Shown: positions 21,197 through 32,212 of the stretch, one piece after another
Numbering within the stretch: position 1 is the first letter of the stretch
Layout: each line of letters opens with the position of its first letter
Source of the DNA: an uncultured Gammaproteobacteria bacterium
GTDB lineage: Bacteria; Patescibacteriota; Microgenomatia; UBA12405
Length of the DNA stretch: 64,000 bases
NCBI GenBank assembly: GCA_964544275.1
Contig: CAZIZX010000003.1
Span: 107,705-171,704, forward strand
Reading direction: 5' to 3'
Notes under the pieces: model-generated
Told to the model about the DNA's origin: nothing
Seen by the model: only the letters and a program-made list of their open reading frames with translations
Database searches by the model: none
Made by a program: the position numbers and the translations under genes

Positions 21197-22219
21197 TTAC
21201 ATTCTCATTCTGATAAACGTCAACAAAGTCATCACTCGCGCATAAGCTGGCTGGTATACCAACTGAGGCAAATTCCACGTTTTCTTTTCTTTTACCTTGT
21301 TATATCCAAATTCTTCCAAGCTCCATTCTTTTAGGTAGTTCACGATGTTCTTTGAGTCAAAATTATCCCCCAAAGTATCTTTTATCTCCTGAACACTAAA
21401 TCCTCTCCTGCTTTCAACCGTTACCTCCATCTTGTCCAGACTTTTACCACTAGCCGCTCTCCAAAACCTTTTTGCCACTTCTTTCTGCTTGATTCCACTG
21501 AAATTAAACAAAGCCACCCTTATATTAGATCTCTTTCTTTTATCAATCCGACAAACTATCTCTCCCAGAGCCCTTCCCCATGAGGATTTGGCCACCTTTC
21601 CTCCCGCCGCAAACAATATCACATCTGTTCCTTTCTCTAAGTTATTTATCGCTTTTGCAAACGCCTTTTCATTCATCTCGTCGATTTCTGCCGCCTTTAA
21701 CCCTTCAATTCCATAAAATCTTCCTCTGGGATGGACTTTGTTTACTACCCATCTGTTAAATCGTTTTTCATCTGCCGCGTATCTTCTTGGCATTACTGGC
21801 ATGATAAATTGTCTATAACCCCTCCCCAAAAGTTGTAGCACTTTAAGTGAAATCAAAGAAGTTTTTCTTTCCCCCAAAATTGCTGCCAAGATAAAAGGTT
21901 CCAAAACTGCTTCATGGTTAACCCCGATCATCAAAGTTGTCTCTTTCCGCTCCTTTATCATCTCTAAATCACCCTTATTTGAAATTTCAATTTTCACTTT
22001 ATTCAAAAGTGTCTTCGAAGCTTCTGCCCAGCCGTCTTTTACGGCTTTATTATCAATTTTTACCCACAAATTAAGCATATTTTCCCATCCCAATAAGTCG
22101 TTGCTAATTTTCAAAACCCCCTTCCACACCCGATTCTTCTTTTTATCATCAAGCTTTTTTTGTAGTCCCGACAGGCCCTCTTTATTCAAAAACCAATATA
22201 ATTTTTTTATCAGATTCAT
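21197..22219 (-). CDS. Putative PlsC-like acyltransferase-domain protein
   Basis: GVNHEAVLEP (NHxxxxD/E-like) and ILFAAGG (FPEG-like) blocks; start uncertain (22219 or 22252). Confidence 0.5.
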   Translation of the reverse strand: MNLIKKLYWFLNKEGLSGLQKKLDDKKKNRVWKGVLKISNDLLGWENMLNLWVKIDNKAVKDGWAEASKTLLNKVKIEISNKGDLEMIKERKETTLMIGVNHEAVLEPFILAAILGERKTSLISLKVLQLLGRGYRQFIMPVMPRRYAADEKRFNRWVVNKVHPRGRFYGIEGLKAAEIDEMNEKAFAKAINNLEKGTDVILFAAGGKVAKSSWGRALGEIVCRIDKRKRSNIRVALFNFSGIKQKEVAKRFWRAASGKSLDKMEVTVESRRGFSVQEIKDTLGDNFDSKNIVNYLKEWSLEEFGYNKVKEKKTWNLPQLVYQPAYARVMTLLTFIRMRM

Positions 22220-22356
22220 TTTAATTAAAGTACTATTCTTGTCTGGTCGCAATTGCTTATTTTGTCATACTTGCCAAGTATTAACAACACCTCCTTTTGG
22301 TTATCGGTTGTCATTTATGTTATCTTTCAACATTAAGCTAATCTAACATCAAATCC

Positions 22357-23421
22357 ATGTATATTAATAAATTATTGCTCAAAAATTTTCGATCTTATTC
22401 CGACAACCTTTTTGAGTTTAGCCCCAATATAAATTTAATTTTAGGTAAAAATGGCACCGGCAAAAGTAACTTGCTTGAAGCTATTCACTTTCTGTCAACC
22501 GGCAAGAGCTTCCGTTCCTCAACCCTTCCCCGGTTAATTAACTGGCAGCAGGAATACTCTATTGTTAAGTCAAAAATATTCAAAAACAACCGGGAAACCG
22601 AACTTGAGTTGCAACTCATCAAAGATAAGCTTAATAACGGTTCTGTCAAAAGAAAATTCTTAATCGATAAAGTCGAAAAACCCCGCAAAGCTTATCTGGG
22701 TAATCTCAAAACCGTTATTTTCCAGCCTGAAGACATCCGCCTGGTTACTGGCTCACCTTCCCGCCGCCGAGACTATCTTGATGACACTTTTTCAGCCATA
22801 GATTGGCGCTATGCTTCAGCTTTCAGCCAATACAACAAAGCCCTCAAGCACCGCAACGAACTTTTAGACCAGATCAGGCTAGGCACCAACTCCAAAAGCG
22901 AACTCTTTTACTGGGACCAGTCACTACTCAAAAACGACTACATTATTCACCACCATCGAATTTCATTCGTCCGGCACGTCAACACTTTCTACGCCAACCA
23001 CTCTCACCCTGAGATCCGCACTTTTTCCATTAATTTCCAGCCCTCCATTCTGACTCAGGAAAAACTTGACTCAAACTATTCTCTCGATCTGATTCGCGGT
23101 TTCACCCAATCAGGCTGCCATCGGGATGATTTTTCTTTTGATAGTTCAACTTTCCCTTACGCCGACAAAAATTTGTCCAGTTGGGGTAGTCGGGGACAGC
23201 AACGTTTAGCCGTTCTCGCCCTCAGGTTAGCTCAAATTAATTACTTACAAAAAATATACCAGGAAAAACCCCTGCTTCTTCTTGATGACATATTTTCCGA
23301 ACTAGACTCGGACCATCAGCATCTAGTTAGCCAGTTGTCCTCTGATTATCAAACCATCTTCACCTCATCCGAAGAAAATAGTCTTAAATCTCTCCCTCAG
23401 GCTCATCTCCTCCGCCTCTAA
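22357..23421 (+). CDS. recF: DNA replication/repair protein RecF
   Basis: NFRSY, GKNGTGKSNLLEAI, GSPSRRRDYLD, GSRGQQR, LLLDDIFSELD. Confidence 0.95.
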   Translation: MYINKLLLKNFRSYSDNLFEFSPNINLILGKNGTGKSNLLEAIHFLSTGKSFRSSTLPRLINWQQEYSIVKSKIFKNNRETELELQLIKDKLNNGSVKRKFLIDKVEKPRKAYLGNLKTVIFQPEDIRLVTGSPSRRRDYLDDTFSAIDWRYASAFSQYNKALKHRNELLDQIRLGTNSKSELFYWDQSLLKNDYIIHHHRISFVRHVNTFYANHSHPEIRTFSINFQPSILTQEKLDSNYSLDLIRGFTQSGCHRDDFSFDSSTFPYADKNLSSWGSRGQQRLAVLALRLAQINYLQKIYQEKPLLLLDDIFSELDSDHQHLVSQLSSDYQTIFTSSEENSLKSLPQAHLLRL

Positions 23422-23422
23422 C

Positions 23423-23451
23423 TTGATTTATCAGCCAAAATTTGCTATAAT
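23423..23451 (+). promoter_or_regulatory. Sigma70 promoter of the 16S rRNA gene
   Basis: TTGATT-17 bp-TATAAT with extended TG at 23443-23444. Confidence 0.75.
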
Positions 23452-23671
23452 TAAGTGAATTACACCGAAAAGATCCGAGTAAAGTATCTTACAATTTGTT
23501 TTTAACTTGCCTGATGCAAATCAGCCCAAGGTGTAATATAATAACTCACTGTCTAACCAAAAGTTAGCCAAAAGTACTTTGACAATCGCAAGCGTTTTAA
23601 AGCCATATCGTTAGTACCGGTAAAGACGATTTAACTAAAAAATCTTTTATCCCGAATCTGTTCGGGATTTT

Positions 23672-25173
<1,502 letters not shown>

Positions 25174-25263
25174 GAGGAAATTAAGCCGATCTTGTATCGG
25201 ACAGTTCTTCATCCGTCGTCTTTCTGGTACTAACAATGTCGCTTTAAACGTTTGCCGATTATT

Positions 25264-25288
25264 AAAACCCGCTCACTGGCGGGTTTTT
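25264..25288 (+). terminator. Intrinsic terminator closing the 16S transcript
   Basis: AAAACCCGC-TCACTG-GCGGGTTTTT hairpin plus U-tract. Confidence 0.8.
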
Positions 25289-25328
25289 CTTGCGAATGAT
25301 TTTAAAAAAAATACTCGACTCAAACAAT

Positions 25329-26084
25329 ATGATCAATGCACCCGTAACTTTAAAAGCTAAAAAAAACCTTTTTCTTACTCATCTAAAAATTGACCCCAAA
25401 AATCTTCCCGCCCACATTGCTATTATCATGGACGGTAATCGCCGCTGGGCAGCTGCTCGAGGCTTAACCCCCAAAGACGGTCACAGAGCCGGTGCGGCCA
25501 ACCTTGAAGCCATTGTCGATTATTGTCGCCGTATCGGGATCAAATACATTACTGTCTACGCTCTTTCTACCGAGAATTGGAAAAAACGCTCAGCCTCAGA
25601 GGTCAAAGGCATTTTCGATTTACTCATCGAAATTGTCAAAACTAAAAAAGATGAATACCAACGTTCCGGCATCAAATTTTTTGTTTTAGGTAATTTCCAG
25701 GCATTTCCTTTTAAAGTAAAAAATGCCATCAAAAATATTATGGATATAGTTCTTGATCATGAAAGGGTCAAATTTAACGTTGCTCTCAACTATGGCGGCC
25801 GCGATGAAATTGTCAATGCTATCAAAGAAATTATCAGGGATAAAATTCCGGCTCGAAAAATAAACGAAGAATTGGTTTCAAAATATCTTTACACCAAAGG
25901 TCAGCCCGATCCTGATTTGATCATTCGTCCCGGCGGAGAATTTCGTCTGTCCAACTTCCTTCTCTGGCAGATGTCTTATGCCGAACTCTACTTTACTGAC
26001 ATTCTCTGGCCCGACTTTACCCCCAAAAAGCTGGAACAGGCTATTTATTGGTACCAGCAGCGTGCCCGTCGGCTTGGTAAATAA
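25329..26084 (+). CDS. uppS: Undecaprenyl-diphosphate synthase
   Basis: HIAIIMDGNRRWA, STENWK, NYGGRDEI, PDLIIRPGGEFRLSNFLLWQ; start uncertain. Confidence 0.95.
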   Translation: MINAPVTLKAKKNLFLTHLKIDPKNLPAHIAIIMDGNRRWAAARGLTPKDGHRAGAANLEAIVDYCRRIGIKYITVYALSTENWKKRSASEVKGIFDLLIEIVKTKKDEYQRSGIKFFVLGNFQAFPFKVKNAIKNIMDIVLDHERVKFNVALNYGGRDEIVNAIKEIIRDKIPARKINEELVSKYLYTKGQPDPDLIIRPGGEFRLSNFLLWQMSYAELYFTDILWPDFTPKKLEQAIYWYQQRARRLGK

Positions 26085-26113
26085 TTATTCCGCTTCTCTT
26101 TTAGTACCCTCTG

Positions 26114-26419
26114 TCACAAGAATCTCATTCCTAACATTGTCTGCACCAGTTGAGCGATAAAATAACTGGCAAATATTATCAAAAATCCGATAATACCCGA
26201 AATTATTTTACCGTATCCTTCCTTGGTTTTTGCCGGGTCCCCCCCCGATGTCATCAGGGTTATACCGCCCCAAATTATCACGAAAAGCAAAGCTATCCCC
26301 GCCAGAGTAAACACATAAGGTAGTGCTTGCGTTACTACATCACCCAAGTTGGAAAACCTGTTTTGCAGCGGATCAGTTGGCAATTGAACTGCTTGTGCCC
26401 TGGCAATTTTAATTATCAT
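26114..26419 (-). CDS. CPR-type pilin (TrbC/VirB2-like)
   Basis: Two TM helices joined by GGITLMTSGGDP-K. Confidence 0.75.
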   Translation of the reverse strand: MIIKIARAQAVQLPTDPLQNRFSNLGDVVTQALPYVFTLAGIALLFVIIWGGITLMTSGGDPAKTKEGYGKIISGIIGFLIIFASYFIAQLVQTMLGMRFL

Positions 26420-27237
26420 TTTAATATTCCTGGAATTCTTAAAATATCATAAGCGATTAATCTTAATAAGAACACGGCAAAAATTATTACCAAGAGCCCG
26501 GTAATTGCTGATGTCACCGTTTCTTTGCCCCCCTGTACTTTTTTGGGATCACCATTCGAAGTCATAATTACCACAAAACCAAAAACCATCAAAAGAAAAG
26601 CAATCCCTCCCCCCACACCAAACATTATTGATAATAACCACATGGTAAAAGCTCTTGTCTCCACTGGCACGCATCCCAAAGCCGTATTTATTCCATCCTT
26701 CCCTTCGTAATCACAAAACATGTCCATGGTATTAGTTCCCAGAGTTCCTTCGACATATGGATCTGGTGTTGGCGTCGCATTTATAAAAGTTGGAACTACA
26801 GTTGGTTCTACAGTACTGCAGGTGCAAGAAGTTCCCTCCACCTTGGGACCACCCTGGCCACTCCTACAGAAAAAAGTGTTTTGTTCATCTTGGCAACAAA
26901 TTCCACCCATAAAACCACAACTTTGAGCAGGCGGAGTTGTTGGTGTCGGTTGGTTAATTTTATTGTAGCAGTTGACAAATATTTGACCTCCAGGGATATT
27001 AACAATCTCTGTACAGGCATTACCCCCATAAGTACCTTCACAATAATCTAAATAATCGTTTACCTGGCTTGCTCTAATATCCAAACTGGATAAGTGATCA
27101 TTGCAGTCATACAAACTATTACAAGTGGTAGAATGCTCGTTGTATAACATTGAACTATCCGTACAGGCCGCCATAATATTGTTGGTGAAAGTAAAAAGTA
27201 AAACAGGAACCAAAAATAATACGAACATCCGCTTCAT
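26416..27237 (-). CDS. Pilin-like protein with Cys-rich extracellular N-terminus
   Basis: Signal peptide, Cys-rich and Pro/Thr-rich region, TALGC, C-terminal GFVVIMTSNGDPKK pilin hairpin. Confidence 0.7.
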   Translation of the reverse strand: MKRMFVLFLVPVLLFTFTNNIMAACTDSSMLYNEHSTTCNSLYDCNDHLSSLDIRASQVNDYLDYCEGTYGGNACTEIVNIPGGQIFVNCYNKINQPTPTTPPAQSCGFMGGICCQDEQNTFFCRSGQGGPKVEGTSCTCSTVEPTVVPTFINATPTPDPYVEGTLGTNTMDMFCDYEGKDGINTALGCVPVETRAFTMWLLSIMFGVGGGIAFLLMVFGFVVIMTSNGDPKKVQGGKETVTSAITGLLVIIFAVFLLRLIAYDILRIPGILK

Positions 27238-27271
27238 TTTAACAAAGTATATCAAATGCTAAAATTAAATA

Positions 27272-29005
27272 GTGAAGCTAAAAATTCCAGTTATTTTATC
27301 TTTAATTGTTTTTGGTTTGGTCTTGTTTTTTTTCCATAACTTTGCCACCGCTGCCAGTATTGACGAGGAAATTGCCCAAGTTAGCAAGCAAATCGAGGAT
27401 CTGGAAAAGGCCATTGCTCCTCTCAAGACCGAATCCTCCTCCCTTCAAACCAAGATTACTCAAGCCAAAAGCCAAATATCCAAAACCGAAAAGCAGATTT
27501 CAGACCTAAGCGGCCGGCTCGTCGACAAAGAATCCAATCTGGAAGTCCAGAAAGTCCTTTTGTCCCAGCGCGTCCGCCGTTATTACATAAACTCCCAAAA
27601 ATTTAGCCCATTATTAATCTTTTTTTCCAGTTCCGAAAGCTCCAGTTTGCTCCGTCAATACACCTGGTTCCAATCGGTTATTTCTCAGGACAAAAGCACC
27701 ATTTCTCAATTTGTGGCCGATATTACCTCTCTTCAACAAAACAAGACCGCTCTGGAAAGCGAAAAAGTAAAACTGGCCGCCCTCAAAAAAACCCTGGAAG
27801 ATCGATTTGGCTTCCTTTCTACCGAAATCAAAAAAGCCGAAGATTACAAAGCTGAACTTAGCAAAAAACAGCAGGATCTTATTGCCGCCAAAACCGCCAT
27901 GTTCAATACTTCCGTTGGCGATGTCTCTTCTTCTGATGATCCGGCTTCCCGGTCAGATTTCAATCCCGGTTTTAGCCCTGCTTTCGCCGCTTTTTCTTTC
28001 GGCGCCCCTCATCGTAAAGGCATGAGCCAGTACGGAGCCTATGGCCGTGCCAAAGCCGGACAAAATTATGAAACCATCCTCAAAGCTTATTACGGTGATA
28101 TCCGTCTTGAAAAAATAGACAGTCCTGGCTCCATCAGTACCAGCATCGGCTCGCTCCCGTTTGAAGATAATTATCTGCTGGGTATTGCCGAAATGCCCAG
28201 TTCCTGGGGAGACAATGGTGGCATGGAAGCTCTCAAGGCCCAGGCTATTGCCGCCCGCACCTACGCCCTGGCCTCTACTAATTGGCGTTTATCTAATCGC
28301 AATTCTACTGGTAGCATTTGTATTACTGAGGCCTGTCAGGTTTACAAAACGTCAAAATTTCAAAACCCCGGTGTTTGGAAACAAGCCGTTGAAGCCACCC
28401 GAGGCATTGTAACTGTCAGCAACAAAACCAACGATGTCTTTTCTACCATGTACGCCTCTACTGCTGGCGGGGCCATTTATAGTTACACCTCACTAGGTCA
28501 CTCCACTCCTCAAATTTGGGATACCAGCTGTAGTTCCCAGTCCTGCTGGCCCAACGATTCCTTCGAAAGGGCCGCCGGTTCACCCTGGTATTACAAAGGC
28601 TGGTACAGGACTCGTAGCAACCAGGCTTGTGGTCGTTCTCATCCCTGGTTAACCAACGATGAGTTTGCCGATATTGTCAACTCGGTTTTGGTTTACTCCA
28701 AAGACAAAGGCACCATCGGCCATCTTTCCCAAATTGATTCCGGTGGCTGCTTTGGTGGTAACGATCCGGACGCCTGGTCCAAAGAAGAAGTTCGTAATCG
28801 AGCCGCTAACTTTGGCGGGCCAATTTCCAAAGTCAATTCTGTCTCAGTTGACTATTCTACTGGTGGCTACACCACCAACGTCCGGGTTTCTACCGACAAA
28901 GGCGACTTTACCTTTACTGGCGAAGACTTCAAAGAAATATTCGTTCTCCGTGCTCCCGGTGCCATCGCCATTAAATCAGGACTCTTTAACATAGAAAAGA
29001 AGTAA
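27272..29005 (+). CDS. Coiled-coil plus SpoIID/LytB-domain protein (putative peptidoglycan hydrolase)
   Basis: PcsB-like coiled coil; HRKGMSQYGA, YLLGIAEMP, EALKAQAIAARTY, CQVY. Confidence 0.85.
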   Translation: MKLKIPVILSLIVFGLVLFFFHNFATAASIDEEIAQVSKQIEDLEKAIAPLKTESSSLQTKITQAKSQISKTEKQISDLSGRLVDKESNLEVQKVLLSQRVRRYYINSQKFSPLLIFFSSSESSSLLRQYTWFQSVISQDKSTISQFVADITSLQQNKTALESEKVKLAALKKTLEDRFGFLSTEIKKAEDYKAELSKKQQDLIAAKTAMFNTSVGDVSSSDDPASRSDFNPGFSPAFAAFSFGAPHRKGMSQYGAYGRAKAGQNYETILKAYYGDIRLEKIDSPGSISTSIGSLPFEDNYLLGIAEMPSSWGDNGGMEALKAQAIAARTYALASTNWRLSNRNSTGSICITEACQVYKTSKFQNPGVWKQAVEATRGIVTVSNKTNDVFSTMYASTAGGAIYSYTSLGHSTPQIWDTSCSSQSCWPNDSFERAAGSPWYYKGWYRTRSNQACGRSHPWLTNDEFADIVNSVLVYSKDKGTIGHLSQIDSGGCFGGNDPDAWSKEEVRNRAANFGGPISKVNSVSVDYSTGGYTTNVRVSTDKGDFTFTGEDFKEIFVLRAPGAIAIKSGLFNIEKK

Positions 29006-29026
29006 CCCTTGATGTTACAATAAGCC

Positions 29027-29737
29027 ATGGCTAGGTCAAAAGATTTGGATTCTATTGCTCCCGATGATCCGGTAAATAATTCACCACCCCCCAAACCGGA
29101 AACTAAAGCTGCCAACCCCTCTCTTTCTCGCGATCAGAAACACCGCCAAAAAGTTTATCAACTTCTCAAAAACCAGACCAAATCCCCACTTTCATCTTTT
29201 TTGGCCCGGCCCAAAGTATTTACCTTTGACAGTCGTGATGATGATGAGGAAATCATTCTTGTTTTGCGTCGACATTGGTTCACCAATCTTTCCTGGATTA
29301 TTATTGCTCTGCTCATGATTTTTATCCCCTTCGTTACCTCATTACCGCCATTTTTTGCCCTGATTCCCCCCCGCCTGAATACCACCCTGGTGATATTTTG
29401 GTACCTCCTGACCTTTGCCATTGCTTTTGAACAATTTTTATCATGGTATTTTAATGTTTTCATCATTACCGAAGAAAGAGTCATCGATATCGATTTTTAT
29501 AATTTAATCGACAAAAAAATTTCCGAAGCCAAAATCTCCATGATTCAGGACGTTACTTCAGTTGTTGGCGGCGTTTCCCAGACTCTGTTTAATTACGGCA
29601 CCGTTCTGATTCAAACAGCCGCCGAAATTCCCGTTATCAAAGTTGAAAGGATTCCCAACCCCAACCTCGTCCTCAAGGTTCTCCAGCAAATGCGGGGAGA
29701 AGAAGAACAGGAAGCTCTGGAGGGGAGACTGAAATGA
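29027..29737 (+). CDS. Membrane protein with bacterial PH domain
   Basis: LRRHW, two TM helices, ITEERVID, NYGTVLIQTA. Confidence 0.75.
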   Translation: MARSKDLDSIAPDDPVNNSPPPKPETKAANPSLSRDQKHRQKVYQLLKNQTKSPLSSFLARPKVFTFDSRDDDEEIILVLRRHWFTNLSWIIIALLMIFIPFVTSLPPFFALIPPRLNTTLVIFWYLLTFAIAFEQFLSWYFNVFIITEERVIDIDFYNLIDKKISEAKISMIQDVTSVVGGVSQTLFNYGTVLIQTAAEIPVIKVERIPNPNLVLKVLQQMRGEEEQEALEGRLK

Positions 29738-29949
29738 ATCAAATAAGCGACTTTATCACCCTGTCCCAAAAAATTCTTTCCGTTATCGGGTCCATTCTTT
29801 ATTTAGTATTTTCCCTGGTAATTGTCAAACAGACAACTTCTATGTCTCGTTATATTGTTGATAAGTTTAATTTTGCTCTCATTGTTTTTTCCTATGCTCA
29901 TCTTATATTCTCCATTTTATTGGTAATCTTAACCTTGACGGTTTTGTAG
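29734..29949 (+). CDS. Small two-TM membrane protein (DUF5657-like)
   Basis: 71 aa, LYLVFSLVIVKQ motif, ATGA-coupled to the upstream gene. Confidence 0.6.
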   Translation: MNQISDFITLSQKILSVIGSILYLVFSLVIVKQTTSMSRYIVDKFNFALIVFSYAHLIFSILLVILTLTVL

Positions 29950-29963
29950 TATATTTATACTAG

Positions 29964-31769
29964 ATGCATTATACCTGCCGCTCCTTTATTGGCAGCTCCA
30001 ACCAGCACAGTTGGTCCCAATATTGGGAAAACGAACCTGACGATCCGCAAATTGTCTCTCAACGGGGCCATCTTTTTGCTTTAATTAGTCTTGCCTCCGC
30101 CGATACTCAAAAAGAAATCAACATTATCGGCCACGATCTCATTACCGAAATTAGTCAGGCTTATTTTTCCTCTCTGGAAAATCCGCCTTCTGTCCATCTG
30201 AAAAATATTTTAGAAGACATTATCCAAAACCCCCTTTACCACCATCTCCAAATTAATCTGATCATAGCTGTAGCTCATCAGTCGCGTCTTCATCTGGCCG
30301 CTGTCAATTCTACTCTGGCCATATTCAACCGTGCCGATAAGCTCGGGGTTTTATTAACTGGTCAGGATGGCCAGATCAATACTATCTCCGGGCCGATATC
30401 TGATGGAGACAAATTCATGTTAGCCACCTCAGCTTTTTTGGACAATATTCCTCTTCAATATTTAAAATCCGTCATCCCTGGCCCTAGTGTTCAGGATATT
30501 GAAGAAAGCCTTTTATCTCGGCTCTATTCCGTCAACAACCAAGACAACCTGGCTGCTGTTTTAGTCCAAGTCCACACCCGCGAGATTGACTCTGACTTTA
30601 TTCCTGATTTACCCCCTCCATCCGCTCTCCGCCAGGACCCTCAGCCCCCCAAAAAATCCATATTCATTTCTAATCACGACATTAGCCAAGTTACCCGCCG
30701 CAAGAAACTGAATTTCATTGTCGCTCTTATTTTACTGATGGCCTTATCAGCCAGTGCCCTTTTTGGTTATCGCAAAAATCAGTCTGACAAAATCCAAGCT
30801 CGTTACCAGGAACTCAAAACTCAGCTCGACCAAAAACTCGATAACGCCGATCAGGTAAAAAACTTAAATCTTGATTCAGCCCTCGAGTTGGCCCGCCAGT
30901 CTCAGGATATCTACAGCCAAATAGCCGCTCTTTCCCTCCACTCGAAGGATTTGGAGAAGTATCAACAACGTATCCAAAGCCTACTCTCGCAAACCGGTTC
31001 CGCCGATAATTTTGAACCTGAATTCTATTACGACACTTCCTTTATTCATGATAACCCTCACTACTCCCGTCTGATTTCTGCCGGTCCGACACTTTATTTG
31101 CTTGACCAACAATCCGGCCGGATTGACTCCGTTGGTGCTAGCCAAAGAAATACCGCCAATATTTCCCTGGCCGATAAACTTAAACAGGTCCATCTCCTTA
31201 CCGAAATAAACGGCAAAATATACGCTTCTTCCGATGACGACATATTTTTGGTCAGCAAAAATAATCTGGAACCAAAAGCCAAAGTTTCCGACAACGATAT
31301 TAAACCCATCGCCATGGCCTCATGGAACGGCGCCATCTACCTGCTCGATAGTAACCAAAACACGATTTGGAAATTTACTCCCAATTCATCCGGTTTCGGG
31401 TCTGCCCAAGCCTGGCTCAGCCCCAATCAAAAAATTTCTGGCACCGCCTCATCCATGGCCATTAATGGCAAAATCTGGATCGTTTCTGAATCGGGCCAGA
31501 TCCAACCTTTCGATAGGGGATCCCGGGTCAATTTCTCTCCTCCTCAAGCCTCATTTACCCAAGTTTCCAGTCTTGCCACCACCCTCGAATCCGGTATCTT
31601 AGCTTTTGTCGATAACCGCAACCTGATCTACGTCTTTGACAAAAATGGCCAATCAAAGGCTAAATATAACTTGGGTGATCATCAAGTTTTGGATGTCGCC
31701 ATCAACGAACCACTCAACACTATTTTCCTTTTGGCCAACGACCAAAAAATCTACAAAATTCCACTGTAA
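29964..31769 (+). CDS. Bitopic protein: degenerate PP2C-like domain, TM, coiled coil, beta-propeller-like ectodomain
   Basis: GDKFMLAT and DNLAAVLV resemble PP2C motifs; TM near aa 250; repeated IYLLD/IWIV/IYVF strands. Confidence 0.6.
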   Translation: MHYTCRSFIGSSNQHSWSQYWENEPDDPQIVSQRGHLFALISLASADTQKEINIIGHDLITEISQAYFSSLENPPSVHLKNILEDIIQNPLYHHLQINLIIAVAHQSRLHLAAVNSTLAIFNRADKLGVLLTGQDGQINTISGPISDGDKFMLATSAFLDNIPLQYLKSVIPGPSVQDIEESLLSRLYSVNNQDNLAAVLVQVHTREIDSDFIPDLPPPSALRQDPQPPKKSIFISNHDISQVTRRKKLNFIVALILLMALSASALFGYRKNQSDKIQARYQELKTQLDQKLDNADQVKNLNLDSALELARQSQDIYSQIAALSLHSKDLEKYQQRIQSLLSQTGSADNFEPEFYYDTSFIHDNPHYSRLISAGPTLYLLDQQSGRIDSVGASQRNTANISLADKLKQVHLLTEINGKIYASSDDDIFLVSKNNLEPKAKVSDNDIKPIAMASWNGAIYLLDSNQNTIWKFTPNSSGFGSAQAWLSPNQKISGTASSMAINGKIWIVSESGQIQPFDRGSRVNFSPPQASFTQVSSLATTLESGILAFVDNRNLIYVFDKNGQSKAKYNLGDHQVLDVAINEPLNTIFLLANDQKIYKIPL

Positions 31770-31789
31770 ACTTGGGGTATAATTCAAAA

Positions 31790-32212
31790 ATGAGGCATTT
31801 TAATCGGGAGTCTCGAGACTATCAATTTGTCGACAAGATCGAAGCCGGACTGGTGCTAACCGGGTCCGACGCCAAATCTTTGCGCACCCAAACCCCTCAA
31901 TTTGCTAATTCCAAGGTTGAGATTCAAAACGGCCAACCGGTAATTTTCAACCTTCACATCCCCGTCTACAAATATTCCCAGGGCCAACCCATTGACACCA
32001 CCCGCACTCGCTCCCTCCTTCTCTCCCAAAAACAAATCGCCAAACTCATCTCCTATCGTCACCAAAAATACATGATCATCCCTATCGCCATTTTTACCCG
32101 TGGTAAATGGTTCAAAGTCGAACTTGGCGTTGGCCGCAAACTCAAAAAATTCGAAAAAAGGCAAAAACTTAAAGCTAAGGAATTCAAAAAGAATGCTAAC
32201 ATGAATACATGA
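31790..32212 (+). CDS. smpB: SsrA-binding protein SmpB
   Basis: IEAGLVLTG...KSLR, RSLLL, KVELGVG, EKRQKLK; tmRNA nearby. Confidence 0.92.
   Translation: MRHFNRESRDYQFVDKIEAGLVLTGSDAKSLRTQTPQFANSKVEIQNGQPVIFNLHIPVYKYSQGQPIDTTRTRSLLLSQKQIAKLISYRHQKYMIIPIAIFTRGKWFKVELGVGRKLKKFEKRQKLKAKEFKKNANMNT

Noticed and set aside
21087-21278. 63 aa minus-strand ORF
   Set aside because: Antisense to tRNA-Tyr and overlapping the end of a longer gene
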